Shown: positions 13,131 to 26,302 of the stretch, piece after piece
How the letters are laid out: the number at the start of each line of letters is the position of its first letter
Numbering within the stretch: the first letter of the stretch is position 1
Source: Eledone cirrhosa
Taxonomy: Eukaryota
Direction: 5' to 3'
Assembly (NCBI GenBank): GCA_964016885.1
Contig: OZ024744.1
Location: 98,332,001-98,396,000, forward strand
Length of the DNA: 64,000 nt
The notes under the pieces: model-generated
The model's database searches: none
The model's input: only the letters and a program-made list of their open reading frames with translations
Told to the model about the DNA's origin: nothing
Program-made: the position numbers and the translations under genes

Positions 13131-13324
13131 ACAGAGTAAGGGTGGTGTGGGCAGAAAGTTATGTTGGTATCATGACAGAAAGTACCCAGTCCACACTATA
13201 AAGTGGTCATGTAGGTGTGATGAGAAAAAGCACCCAGTCCAAGGTGAGTCTTCAGTATTACTGCATAGCGCCAAAGATCTCGATCCTGTGTCATTGTCTC
13301 TCTCTCTCTCTATATATATATATA

Positions 13325-15215
13325 TCATCATCATCATCATCATCATTGAACGTCTATCTTCCACGCTAGCATGGGTTTAGACGGGAATTGTCCCACTTGA
13401 GGCAAGATTGGTCGGGAGACCTTGTCTCGCTCATATAGGGCTGTCTGGCAGGTTTTCTACGGTTGGATGCCCTTCCTAACACCAACCATGTTTACAGTGT
13501 GGACTGGGAGGTTTTTGCTGTGTTACCTACACAGCCACATTACAGCGTCATGACACCTACACAACCTCATTTATTTTGGATTGGATGTTGTGGTACCAAC
13601 ATAACTTTACAGAGAGAGGGTGGTGTTGGTGGGAGTGTGGGGTGGAGTAGGGGTAGTGGGTTGGGGGGTGTATAATTGGTTAAGAGGTGCCTACTGACTG
13701 TAGGTTTCACTATGTACATAGACAAAGCAGGTCTTCTGTATTACTGCGTAGCGCCAAAGATCTCGGTCCAGTGACATTGTCTTGGAGAAGTGTAAGTGTG
13801 TGAGGTCGGAATTTATCAAGTCATCCCAGGTTTTTCTGGGTCTGCCTACTCCGTAACTACCATCAATTTTGATCGCCCTGCTCTTTTTTATACAGCTGTC
13901 GTCTTTCATGCGCATCACGTGGCCATACCAACATAGTCTTCTCTCGAGTAAACAGTATCTGATCCCTCTTATTCCTAATTTCTCACTTAGTTCATTTATG
14001 CTTTGCTGTTCGCGTATATTACTATTACACATCCAACGGAGCATGCAAGCTTCGTTCCTCTCCAGTCTGCATATATCCTCTGCACACAATGCCCAGGTCT
14101 CACTGCCATGTAACATTGCTGTTCGTATGCAGACATCATACAATCTGCCTTTCATTTTTAGAGAGAAACCTTTAGTGGCCAACAGTGGTATAAGCTCTCT
14201 GAACTTTTTCCATCCCGTTCTAGCTCTGGCTACTGTACTTTCAGAGCACCCTCTTCCACTGCTGATTTTGTCACCCAGGTAACGGAATGGACAGTAGAAG
14301 GAGCTAGGATCCTGTGGGCACTTGCTACTTATTGCACTTGACTATCGGCCACATAAAATGTGTGATCCCACTACAACTTTTATGTAGCCATAATTTTCAT
14401 TTGCGACATAAAATGGAATTTCTGCCTACGCCTTTCCTACACACTGAGCATGGTCATTTCCCTGAGGGCACCTGTGCCCTATTTTCCTTTCTACAAACTA
14501 GAACTTTAGTCTTAGATAAGTTAACTTTAAGGCCTTTTGATTCTAGGCCATGCTTCCATGTTTGGAATTTCTTCTCTAGTTCAGCCATTGATTCAGCTAT
14601 GAGCATTAGATTATCTGCGTATAGGAGTTCCCATGGGTAGTCGGTCTTGAACTCCTCTGTCATAGCCTGAAGGCCAATAATAAATAAGAGGGGGCTAAGG
14701 ACGGAGCCTTGATGAACACCAACTTTTACACTAATTTCTTCACTATATTCATTGTTAATTCTAACCTTACTGACTGTTTCTTTATACATTGCTTGTATAG
14801 CTCTCACAAGCCATTCATCTACACCTAGTTTTCTAAGTGCCCACCAGATAATGGAGCGGGAGACTGTCAAAGGCTTTCTCCAGGTCTACAAAAGCTAAGT
14901 AGAGGGGTTTACTTTTAGCTAGATATTTCTGTAGCTGTTGTCCAAGGAAAAGAGCGTCTGTGATACTTTTACCTGACACAAACCCAAACTGCATTTCATC
15001 TAGATCAATTCGCTCTCTGATTAGTTACGCTATAACTCTTTCTGTGACCTTCATGACCTGGTCAACTAACTTAATACCTCTATAGTTTCCCCTACATAGA
15101 GCATCCCCTTTACTCTTGTAGCAGTTAATGATGATGCTGCTACGCCAGTCTTTTGGTATGACCCCATTCTGTATTACATGGTTAACTATACGGGTGACCA
15201 TAGTACTATACGGGT
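13325..15215 (-). mobile_element. 5'-truncated RTE LINE (subfamily B)
   Basis: ORFs 13691-14182, 14454-14870, 15025-15297 with RT motifs; long 3' UTR and (GAT)n. Confidence 0.92.
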
Positions 15216-15289
15216 ATATATATATATATATGAAAAAATTCAGGATCCCGACAGCTAAACTCCAATATCTTACCACACCCTCTATATTC

Positions 15290-17215
15290 ATCATCACATC
15301 ATCATCACCATTTTACGTCCGTTCTTCCACGCTAGCAAGGGTTAGACGGGTTGTCCTGTTGTGGGCAGTGTCTGGTCGGCTGACCATGCTTTGCTCATAC
15401 AGGAACTGATTCTGGCTTGATTTCTACAGCTGGATGCCCTTCCTAACACCAACCTCATTTACAGTGAGTGCTGGGTGCTTTTTCGTGGCGCCTACACGTC
15501 CAATTTACAGTGTGGGCTGGGTGCTTTTTTGCCGTGGCACCTCCACAACCACCTTGCGGGGGGGGGGGGGGGGCATATTGTCTATATGCTTCAGCTTGTA
15601 CCCATGGGAGGTCAGGTACTCTGTATTACTGCGTGACGCCAGAGGTCACGGCCGTGTGTCATTGCCTTTGAGATGTGTAATTGGGTAAGGTCGGCTTTTA
15701 TCACCTCACCCAGGTCATCTTGGGTCTCCCCACTCCGCAGTTTCCATCGACTTCTAGTGCTCTGCACCTTTTTATGTAGCTGTCATTCTTCATACGCATC
15801 ACATGTCCATACCAGCGCAACCGCCTCTCCTGCACACAGCATTTGATTTCTCTTATGCTTAGTCTCTCTCTCAATTCATTTATGCTTTGTCGTTCACGTA
15901 TATTACTGTTACACATCCATCGGAACATGCAGGCTTCGTTTCTCTCTAATCTACGTAAGTCTTCCACCTTCAGCGCCCAGGTCTCACTACCATGCAACAT
16001 TGCTGTTCGGATACACGCATCATACAGTCTGCCTTTTATTCTGAGGGAGAAGCCTTTTGCAGCTAGCAGTGGTAGTAGTTCCCTAAACTTCTTCCATCCC
16101 GTTCTTACCCTAGTTATTGTAATTTCTGAACATCCACCTCCGCTGCTAATTCGGTCATGTAGGTAGCAGAAGCTGTCTACTGTTTCTACAGAACCCTCCC
16201 AGAGATTGGTGGTACTTGTTTCCTGTGGCTGTTTGCTGCATGTGAATCCTACATTCTTAATTAAGCTTCCTGAGATCCCGCTACATCTCTTGTGTACCCA
16301 TTGTTTGCATTTGGTGCAGAGAATGGAGTTCCTACCTACACTTTTCCTACATACTGAGCAAGGCCATTTCCCTAAGGGGATCTGGGTTCTGTTTCTCGTC
16401 TACTTACAAGGACCTTAGTCTTTGTCATGTTGACTTTGAGACCCTTTCTTTCTAGTCCCTGCTTCCAAGTTTGGAATTTCTTCTCTAGTTCTACCATAGA
16501 TTCAGCTATAAGTGCGAGGTCATCAGCATACAGGAGTTCCCATGGGCATCCAGTCTTAAACTCCTCCGTTATTGCCTGCAGGACTATGATGAACAGGAGG
16601 AGGCTAAGAACAGAACCCTGGTGGACCCCAACCTGTACGCTAAATTCCTTGCTATACTCATTGCTAATCCTAACTTTGCTGACTGCTCCCCTTTACATGG
16701 CTTGTACCGCTTTCATAAGCCATTCATCTACTCCTAGTTTTCTAAGAGCCCACCAGATTACAGCACGTGGAACTCTGTCAAAGGCTTTCTCAAGGTCGAT
16801 AAATGCCAAGTAGAGTGGCTTACTTTTAGCTAGGTACTTTTCCTGTAACTGCCTCACAAGGAAGAGGGCATCGGTGGTGCCTCTTCCTGGTACAAACCCA
16901 AATTGCATCTCGTCTATTTTCACCCGGTCCCTAATCAACTGTGCTATAACTTTTTCTGTTACTTTCATGACCTGGTCCATCAACTTTATACCTCTATAGT
17001 TTCCTCTATCTAGTGCATCGCCTTTACCTTTGTAGCAGTTGACAATGATGCTACTGCACCAATCTTTTGGTATGACACCTTCTAGTATTACCTGGTTAAC
17101 AATACATGTGGTTATAGTGTGACCTACAGACCCAGATGCCTTCAGCATCTTGGCAGCTATACCCGATGGACCGGTTGCCTTCCCCATCTTCATATCTTTG
17201 ATTGCCTCATATCTT
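15290..17215 (-). mobile_element. 5'-truncated RTE LINE (subfamily C)
   Basis: ORF 16693-17193 (KATGPSG..FIDLEKAFDRVP) and 15701-16000. Confidence 0.92.
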
Positions 17216-17344
17216 TGATATATATATTATATATATATATATATTATATATATATATATACACATATATATATACACATATATATACATCTATACACATA
17301 TATATACATATATACATATATACGTGTGTGTGTGTATGTGTGTA

Positions 17345-17650
17345 TATTATCATCAACATCATCATTTTACATCCACTTTTCCTTGCTTGCAAGGGTGGGA
17401 CGGGAACTGATTCTGGCTTGATTTCTACAGCTGGATGCCCTTCCTAACACCAATCTCATTTACAGTTTGGCTGGGGCCTTTTTCCCGTGGCACTTTCACG
17501 ACCACTTTACAGTGGAATGATAGGGACCCCAGTCCTATCATCTCATTACTATAGCTGAATAAACTGGAGCAATGTGAAATAAAGTGTCTTGCTCAAGGAA
17601 ACAACACATCACCTGGTCTGAGAATTGAACTCACAACATTTCGATTGCAA
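17345..17650 (-). mobile_element. CORE-type SINE, head truncated
   Basis: Reverse complement of the 11429 family. Confidence 0.85.
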
Positions 17651-17670
17651 ATATATATATATATATATAC

Positions 17671-18114
17671 ACGATATTAACAAATGGAAACTATATTTAT
17701 AAAACCATATTTATTTCATTATACATATTTCAAGGACACCAAGTTAAATTATGGTGTGCTTTCATCAGACAAAATATAATATAGATCAGTTTTATAAATA
17801 AATATTGACATACCATTAAAAAATGCAACCATTACTGTTGGAAGCTCCCGGGAGGTTCCAACAGTAATGGTTGCATTTTTTAATGGTATGTCAATATTTA
17901 TTTATAAAACTGATCTATATTATATTTTGTCTGATGAAAGCACACCATAATTTAACTTGGTGTCCTTGAAATATGTATAATGAAATAAATATGGTTTTAT
18001 AAATATAGTTTCCATTTGTTAATATCGTATTTTTACTCCAAATATTTGTTGAGTGCTTTATATCAGTTATAAAAATATTTGCTTGTTGTATCCCAACAAT
18101 TTAAATAGAACTTT

Positions 18115-18118
<4 letters not shown>
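17671..18118 (+). mobile_element. Fold-back PLE terminal-repeat remnant: 358-bp palindrome (centre 17849/50) plus ~90-bp tail, inserted in (TA)n
   Basis: Near-perfect arms 17671-17849 / 17850-18028; each arm has a hammerhead motif; related to 43345-43560. Confidence 0.75.
17922..17988 (+). ncRNA. Type I hammerhead ribozyme motif (mirror copy 17711-17777 on -)
   Basis: atattttgt-CTGATGA-aagcacacca..tggtgtcctt-GAAA-TATGTA-TA-atgaaataa. Confidence 0.65.
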
Positions 18119-18154
<36 letters not shown>

Positions 18155-18900
18155 GACAGGGGGGAAGAAAAAATGGCTTCACTTGTGCTTTCAACAAATT
18201 TACTTTCTTCACAAAATCCAAAAAGAATTTTTCTTAAAAAAAATTATTTTATAAATTAAGTTGTTGGTTGTTGGTTAGGTCTTAGGAGTTCTTGGTTAAC
18301 GTAGGAGGTATTGTTTCGTTTTTAGAAAGACCTTTCACGCTGAGGTGCGCTTGTCAAACTGATGTGTTTGTGGTGTGTTGTTCTATATATAGGGATTTAA
18401 CATGTCTGTGGTGTGGTAGGGGTTTCTTTTCTCCCTCTTTAATAAGTGCATGGGTGTAGGTGTGTTGAAAAAGTGTTCATAGCAGTAATGAGTTGAGACG
18501 GTGAGTAGGGTTGGGTGGGGAGAAACTTAGCAAGTGCGGCCTGCCCCGGTCATTCTCGAAAAATTCCTTTATTCAGGGGAAAAAGCTTTTAGCATCGCTT
18601 TTGTGTTGAGAATGGTCACAGGCAAATCGCACCTGTCAAGCTTGTGAATAATTATTTTTTTGTTTTTTTCCTGAAGAATCTTTCTACGTCCATCCCAAAG
18701 TTAGTCCTTTGTTCAACACACACATATATATGTGTGCATATATGTACATACACACACGGGCATATGTAGGAATATATAGGCACACACCATCAATCACACA
18801 CCCCTGTACAAATACATACACAAAAACATATAGAGACACATATAAAAACACACATACACATACGTACACACACGAATATGTACACATACCTCCACATGGG

Positions 18901-18934
<34 letters not shown>

Positions 18935-19021
18935 TACATACACATATACATACATACATATACATATATATATATATAAATATATATACATACACATACA
19001 CATACACACACATACACACAC

Positions 19022-22000
19022 ATTGCAGGCGACCTAAATGGTCACGTTGGACAGCATTGTGACGGCTATGACGGAATCCATGGAGGCTATGGGTTCGGTA
19101 CTAGAAATGAGGAAGGCTCCAGAATCCTGGAATTCTGCGACGCAAATAACTTAACTATCTGTAACACTAACTTCAAAAAATGAGACAATCACTTGATCAC
19201 CTATAGATCGGGGGAACACACAAGCCAGGTAGATTATATCCTTACCAGAAGACGTGACAGAGTGTCTGTTGTTAACACTAAATCCCTCCCCCATGAAGAA
19301 TTCACCTCCCAACATAGACTGATAATTAGCGACCTCATAGTCAGGACGAGACGTGCTAGACAGCGGAAGAGGACTATCCTCAGGAGAAAAATATGGAAGC
19401 TAAAGGAGCCCATAGCCAGAAATAAATTTCAAAGCATATTGCTTGACGCTTTCGACAGTAAGGAAGAGCAATTAGAGTCGTATAATATAAAGGAACAGTG
19501 GGAATTCCTGAGAGCAAACCTGCTGACGGCGGCAGACGAAGTCTGTGGCTGGAGCAGGCCTGTAGGTGGGAGGAGAGTAACATGGTGGTGGAACAGTAAG
19601 GTGGAGGAGTCAGTTAAGGCCAAAAAGCAGGCTTGGAAAGTATGGCGGGATGGGGGAAGTAGGGAAGACTATCAAGTGGCCAGGAGGGAAGCTAGGAGAC
19701 AAGTGTACTTCGCAAGAAGGGAAGCAGAGGAAAGAAAGTTCAAGCATGTTCTACAACGTGAGGACCAAAAACGTGAGGTGTTCAGGATTGCCAGGCAATG
19801 TGTCAAGGAAAACCGTGATATTGTCGGGGAGAAGTGTGTACTTAACGATGATGGCATACTTGCCATCACCGACGCTGATAAGAAGGTAGCTTGGAAGTGT
19901 CACTACGAAAGGCTTCTAAATGAGGAGAATAAATGGGAGAAAGACAGTCTCCCCCACATCGACCCAATAGAGGGACCAGCAGTGTTAGTCCAGGGTAGTA
20001 CAATAAGCAAGGCAATCAAAGATATGAAGACAGGTAAGGCGGCTGGTCCTTCGGAAATAGTTGCTGAGATGCTGAAGGCATCTGGTTCGGTGGGACACAC
20101 CATGGTCACCCGGATAGTTAACCAAGTCGTACAGAATGGGGTTGTTCCGAAGGACTGGCGTAGCAGCATCATCGTTAACTGCTATAAGGGAAAAGGAGAT
20201 GCCCTAGATAGGAGTAATTATAGAGGCATTAAATTAATCGACCAGGTCATGAAGGTCACGGAAAAAGTAATAGCGCAACTAATCAGAGAGAGAATTGATC
20301 TACATGAAATGCAGTTCGGGTTTGTGTCAGGCAAAAGTACCACAGACGCTCTTTTCATTGTACGACAACTACAGGAGAAGTACCTAGCTAAAAGTAAACC
20401 CCTATACTTAGCTTTCGTCGACTTGGAGAAAGCCTTCGACAGAGTCCCCCGTTCCATTATCTGGTGGTCTCTTAGAAAACTAGGTGTTGACGAATGGCTT
20501 GTGAGAGCTATACAAGCCATGTATAAAGAAACAGTCAGTAAGGTTAGAATTAACAACGAATATAGTGAAGAGTTTAGCGTAAAAGTTGGTGTCCATCAGG
20601 GCTCTGTTCTTAGCCCCCTACTATTTATTATTGCCCTTCAGGCTATAACAGAGGAGTTCAAGACCGGCTGCCCATGGGAACTCCTATACGCAGATGATCT
20701 AACGCTCATAGCTGAATCAATGACCGAACTAGAGAAGAAATTCCAAACATGGAAGCACGGCCTAGAATCAAAAGGCCTTAAAATTAACCTGGCTAAGACT
20801 AAAGTTCTAGTTTGTAGGAAAGAAAATAAGGCGGCGGTCCCTTCTGGGAAATGGCCATGCTCAGTGTGTAGGAAAGGCGTAGGTAGAAACTCCATTTTAT
20901 ATCCCAAATGCAAAGTATGGGTGCATAAAAGATGTAGTGGGATCACAGGTAAGCTAACTAAGAACATAGATTTTACATGTGGCCGGTGCTCTGGTGCAAT
21001 AAGTAGCAGCAAGTGCCCACAAAATACTAGCTCCTTCAACTGCGCAGAGGGTTCTATAGAAATAGTGGACAGCTTCCGTTACCTGGGTGACAAAATCAGC
21101 AGTGGGGGAGGGTGCTCTGAAAGTACAGTAGCTAGAGTCAGAACTGGATGGAAAAAGTTCAGAGAGCTTATACCACTATTAGCCGCTAGAGGGTTCTCCC
21201 TAAAAATGAAAGGCAGGTTATACGATGCCTGCATACGAACAGCAATGCTGCATGGCAGTGAGACGTGGGCATTGTGTGCAGAGGATATATGCAGACTAGA
21301 GAGGAACGAAGCTTGCATGCTCTGCTGGATGTGCAATAGTAATATACGTGAACGGCAAAGCATAAACGAACTAAGGAAAAAATTAAAAATAAGAGGGATC
21401 AGATGTTGTTTACTCGAGAGAAGGCTACGTTGGTACGGTCACGTGATGCGCATGAAAGACGACAGCTGTATAACAAAGTGCAGGGCAATAAAGATAGACG
21501 GTAGCCACGGAGTAGGCAGACCCAGAAAAACCTGGGACGACATGATAAATTCCGACCTCACACGCTTACACCTCTCCGAGACAATGTCACTGGACCGAGA
21601 CCTTTGGCGGTACTCAGTAATAGAGAAGACCCGCCTTACCTAAATACAAAGTAAAAACCTACTACAGTCAGTAGGCATCTCTATCAAAACACACCCCCGT
21701 CCCACCACCTCCACCCCATCCACACCGCCCCTTTCAATGTAAAGTTATGTTGGTCCCACAACATCCAGGCCGAAACAAATGAGATCGTGTAGGTGTCACG
21801 ACAAAAAACACACAATCCACGCTGTAAATGTGGCCGTGTAGGCAACACGGTAAAAACCTCCCAGCCCCACACTGTAAATGTGGTTGGTGTTAGGAAGGGC
21901 ATCCAGCTGTAGAAAACCCGCCAGACAGTCCTATGCAAGCAAGACAACCACTCTTGCCTCAAGTGGGAAAACCCCCGTCCAAACCCATGCAAGCGTGGAA

Positions 22001-22042
22001 CACGGACGCTAAACGATGATGATGATGATGATGATGATGATG
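19022..22042 (+). mobile_element. Young RTE LINE (subfamily B), truncated within the APE, with ~380-bp 3' UTR
   Basis: GDLNGHVG at ~19027, then an 816-codon ORF; ends (GAT)n. Confidence 0.96.
19193..21643 (+). CDS. RTE LINE polyprotein (APE C-terminus, RT, PHD-like Zn finger)
   Basis: VDYIL..SQHRLI, FVDLEKAFDRVP, HQGSVLSPLLF, YADD, FRYLG, GRPRKTW. Confidence 0.9.
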   Translation: MITYRSGEHTSQVDYILTRRRDRVSVVNTKSLPHEEFTSQHRLIISDLIVRTRRARQRKRTILRRKIWKLKEPIARNKFQSILLDAFDSKEEQLESYNIKEQWEFLRANLLTAADEVCGWSRPVGGRRVTWWWNSKVEESVKAKKQAWKVWRDGGSREDYQVARREARRQVYFARREAEERKFKHVLQREDQKREVFRIARQCVKENRDIVGEKCVLNDDGILAITDADKKVAWKCHYERLLNEENKWEKDSLPHIDPIEGPAVLVQGSTISKAIKDMKTGKAAGPSEIVAEMLKASGSVGHTMVTRIVNQVVQNGVVPKDWRSSIIVNCYKGKGDALDRSNYRGIKLIDQVMKVTEKVIAQLIRERIDLHEMQFGFVSGKSTTDALFIVRQLQEKYLAKSKPLYLAFVDLEKAFDRVPRSIIWWSLRKLGVDEWLVRAIQAMYKETVSKVRINNEYSEEFSVKVGVHQGSVLSPLLFIIALQAITEEFKTGCPWELLYADDLTLIAESMTELEKKFQTWKHGLESKGLKINLAKTKVLVCRKENKAAVPSGKWPCSVCRKGVGRNSILYPKCKVWVHKRCSGITGKLTKNIDFTCGRCSGAISSSKCPQNTSSFNCAEGSIEIVDSFRYLGDKISSGGGCSESTVARVRTGWKKFRELIPLLAARGFSLKMKGRLYDACIRTAMLHGSETWALCAEDICRLERNEACMLCWMCNSNIRERQSINELRKKLKIRGIRCCLLERRLRWYGHVMRMKDDSCITKCRAIKIDGSHGVGRPRKTWDDMINSDLTRLHLSETMSLDRDLWRYSVIEKTRLT

Positions 22043-22066
22043 ATATATATATATATATACACACAC

Positions 22067-22175
<109 letters not shown>

Positions 22176-22420
22176 CATACATATACCTACATACACATAC
22201 ATACATATACACACATAAAGATATATAACTAAATATACATATATACACACATACACGCGCACACACACACGCCCGTGTGTACACACACACACACGCACAC
22301 ACACACACATATACATATGTCCGTATATATACCCCTCCGTTCACACATACATGCATACATACACACACATATACACACATACATCTATATATATATAGAC
22401 ACATATAAAGAGAGAGGCAT

Positions 22421-22539
<119 letters not shown>

Positions 22540-22569
22540 TATATATATATATATACACACACATACATA

Positions 22570-23143
22570 CGCTTACACCTCTCCAAGACAATGTCACTGG
22601 ACCGAGACCTTTGGCGGTACTCAGTAATAGAGAAGACCCGCCTTACCTAAATACAAAGTAAAAACCTACTACAGTCAGTAGGCACCTCTATCAAAACACA
22701 CCCTAGTCCCACCACCTCCACCCCACCCACACCGCCCCTTTCAATGTAAAGTTATGTTGGTCCCACAACATCCAGGCCGAAACAAATGAGATCATGTAGG
22801 TGTCACGACAAAAAACACACAGTCCACGCTGTAAATGTGGCCGTGTAGGCAACACGGTAAAAACCTCCCAGCCCCACACTGTAAATGTGGTTGGTGTTAG
22901 GAAGGGCATCCAGCTGTAGAAAACCCGCCAGACAGTCCACGCTGTAATGTGGCCGTGTAGGCAACACGGTAAAAACCTCCCAGCCCCACACTGTAAATGT
23001 GGTTGGTGTTAGGAAGGGCATCCAACTGTAGAAAACCCGCCAGACAGTCCTATGCGAGCAAGACAACCACTCTTGCCTCAAGTGGGAAAACCCCCGTCCA
23101 AACCCATGCAAGCGTGGAACACGGACGCTAAACCTGATGATGA
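22570..23143 (+). mobile_element. Duplicate 3' end of the 19-22 kb LINE with an internal ~130-bp duplication
   Basis: Near-identical to ~21563-22020. Confidence 0.9.
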
Positions 23144-23484
23144 TACATACACATACACATACACATATGTACACATAAATACATACAGACACATATACAC
23201 ATATACACATACATATACACATACATACATATCCATATACATATATATACACACATACATATGCACACATATATATATATATATATGTATATATATACAC
23301 ATACATACACATACACATACACATACACATACAAGTACATACATACACACATACATGCATACACATACATGTACATACACACATACACATATATATATAT
23401 ATATACACACATATACATGCACATATATATACATATATATACACATACACACATATACATACATACACACATACACACATACAC

Positions 23485-23527
<43 letters not shown>

Positions 23528-23676
23528 CGTATACACGAGCACATAAAGACACATATACACATACACATACAAATACATATACATACATATATATATACAC
23601 ACATACATCTACATACATACATACATATACACAAACAGAAACATACACACATGTACACACATATGTACATATATGC

Positions 23677-23721
<45 letters not shown>

Positions 23722-23768
23722 GGTACATACACATACATACACACACACATAAACATACATATCTATCC

Positions 23769-23815
<47 letters not shown>

Positions 23816-23876
23816 CACACACATACACACACACCTATATACAAACATACACATACATGTACATATACACATATAC

Positions 23877-23917
<41 letters not shown>

Positions 23918-24079
23918 GTTATACTTTGGGAGGGTCATGTTGCCAATAAGAAACACACGCACCAGTTGCTTTCACTTCAATTTAATTTATTAAATATTTA
24001 TAAATTTACAAATTTATAAATTTATAAATTTCTGGTTGGTTGGTTGGTTCCACAACCAGATAGTTGTTTATATATATAT

Positions 24080-24124
24080 AGTCATAGTTCTTTCGTCACA
24101 CACTCTGTGACCTCTTCAGTGACT
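24080..24124 (-). ncRNA. Minimal hammerhead motif in a (TA)n-flanked island (23917-24190)
   Basis: - strand agtca-CTGAAGA-g-gtcaca-gagtg-tgtgac-GAAA-gaac-TA-tgact. Confidence 0.6.
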
Positions 24125-24189
24125 GGGGATTTCTTTCTTCGTTTCTGTGCCTTTCCTTTCTTCTATCCTACGCCAAATTCAGAAACGAA

Positions 24190-24220
<31 letters not shown>

Positions 24221-24439
24221 TATACATATATATATATATATACACACACACATACAAACATACACACATCCATACATATATGTATATATATACACACACA
24301 TACACACACACACACACACATACCCACATACATATATACCCACACGTACATACATCCATACATCCCTACACACACATGTGTGTGTCTCACCGTTCATTCA
24401 GATATTCATGTGTATACATATATATATATATATACAGAT

Positions 24440-24480
<41 letters not shown>

Positions 24481-24816
24481 CATATATGTGTACGTGTGTG
24501 TGTGTGTGTGTTTAAAGTCTCTTGTCTGTCATCTGAATTTGTACTATATATATATACACCCTGTGTTAAATATGCCACCTTTCTTCTACTTAAATGTCAC
24601 TTCTCTATATTTATATCTGTGATGACATAAACACATTCATTTTTCATTTTTCATTTCATTTTACGTCCGCTTTTCCCTGCTTGCAAGGGTGGGACGGGAA
24701 CTGATTCTGGCTTGATTTCTACAGCTGGATGCCCTTCCTAACACCAACCTCATTTACATTGAGCTTAAATATTATTTACTGGCAATCTCTCATCTGCTAA
24801 CTTTATGTGTGTATTA

Positions 24817-26266
24817 TGCGTAAAAGTTGGTGTTCATCAGGGCTCCGTTCTTAGCCCCCTACTATTTATTATTGCCCTTCAGGCTATAACAGAGGAGTTC
24901 AAGACCAGCTGCCCATGGGAACTCCTATATGCAGATGATCTAACGCTCATAGCTGAATCTATGGCTGAACTAGAGAAGAAATTCCAAACATGGAAGCATG
25001 GCCTAGAATCAAAAGGCCTTAAAGTTAATTTGTCTAAGACTAAAGTTCTAGTTTGTAGGAAGAAAAATAGGGCACCGGTCCCATCTGGGAAATAGCCATG
25101 CTCAGTGTGTAAGAAAGGAGTAGGCAGAAACTCCATTTTATGTCCCAAATGCAAAGTATGGGTGCATAAAAGATGTAGTGGGATCACAGGTAAGCTAACT
25201 AAGAATATAGATTTTATATGTGGCCGGTGCTCTGGTGCAATAAGTAACAGCAAGTGCCCACAGAATACTAGCTCATTCCATTGCACAGATGGTTCTATAG
25301 AAATAGTGGACACCTTCCGTTACCTGGGTGACAAAATCAGCAGTGGGGGAGGGTGCTCTGAAAGTACAGTAGCTAGAGTCAGAACGGGATGGAAAAAGTT
25401 CTGAGAGCTTATACCACTATTGGCCGCTAAAGGGTTCTCTCTAAAAATGAAAGGCAGGCTGTATGATGCCTGCATACGAACAACAATGTTACATGGCAGT
25501 GAGACCTGGGCATTGTGTGCAGAGGATATATGCAGACTGGAGAGGTACGAAGCTTGCATGCTCCATTGGATGTGTAATAGTAATATACGTGAACGGCAAA
25601 GCATAAACGAACTAAGGGAGAAATTAGAAATAAGAGAGATCAGATGTTGTTTACTCGAGAGAAGACTACGTTGGTACGGTCACGTGATGCGCATGAAAGA
25701 CGACAGCTGTATAAAAAAGTGCAGGGCGATAAAATAGACGGTAGCCACGGAGTAGGCAGACCCAGAAAAACCTGGGACGACTTGATAAATTCCGACCTCA
25801 CACACTTACACCTCTCCAAGACAATGTCACTGGACCGAGATCTTTGGCGCTACGCAGTAATACAGAAGACCCGCCTTGCCTAAGTACAAAGCAAAACCTA
25901 CAGTCAGTAGGCACCTCTAACAAAAATACATCCCCGTCCCACTACCCCCACCCCATCCACACGACCCCTTTCAATGTAAAGTTATGTTGGTACCACAACA
26001 TCCAGTCCGAAACAAATGAGGTCGTGTAGGTGTCACGACAAAAAACACACAGTCCATGCTGTAATGTGGTCGTGTAGGTAACACGGTAAAAACCTCCCAG
26101 TCCACACTGTAAACGTGGTTGGTGTTAGGAAGGGCATCAGACAGTCCTATACGAGCAGGACAACCAATCTTGCCTCAAGTGGGAAAACTCCCGTCCAAAC
26201 CCATGCAAGAGTGGAAGATGGACGTTAAACGATGATGATGATAATGATGATGATGATGATGATGAT
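24817..26266 (+). mobile_element. 5'-truncated RTE LINE (subfamily B)
   Basis: QGSVLSP, YADD, PHD-like finger, 3' UTR, (GAT)n. Confidence 0.92.
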
Positions 26267-26284
26267 AGTGAAGTATAAGGTCAG

Positions 26285-26302
26285 CAGAGCCACCTAGTGG
26301 CA
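26285..26302 (-). promoter_or_regulatory. CTCF core motif
   Basis: - strand GCCACTAGGTGGC; motif match only. Confidence 0.35.

Noticed and set aside
13869-16813. Antisense ORFs over LINE copies (also 9504-10031, 46078-46524, 56756-57241, 59711-60157)
   Set aside because: Shadow frames of RTE coding sequence with no independent protein features
18325-18365. TTGACAA-gcgc..gcgt-GAAA on the - strand
   Set aside because: Two core mismatches and no clear stem I; too decayed to call
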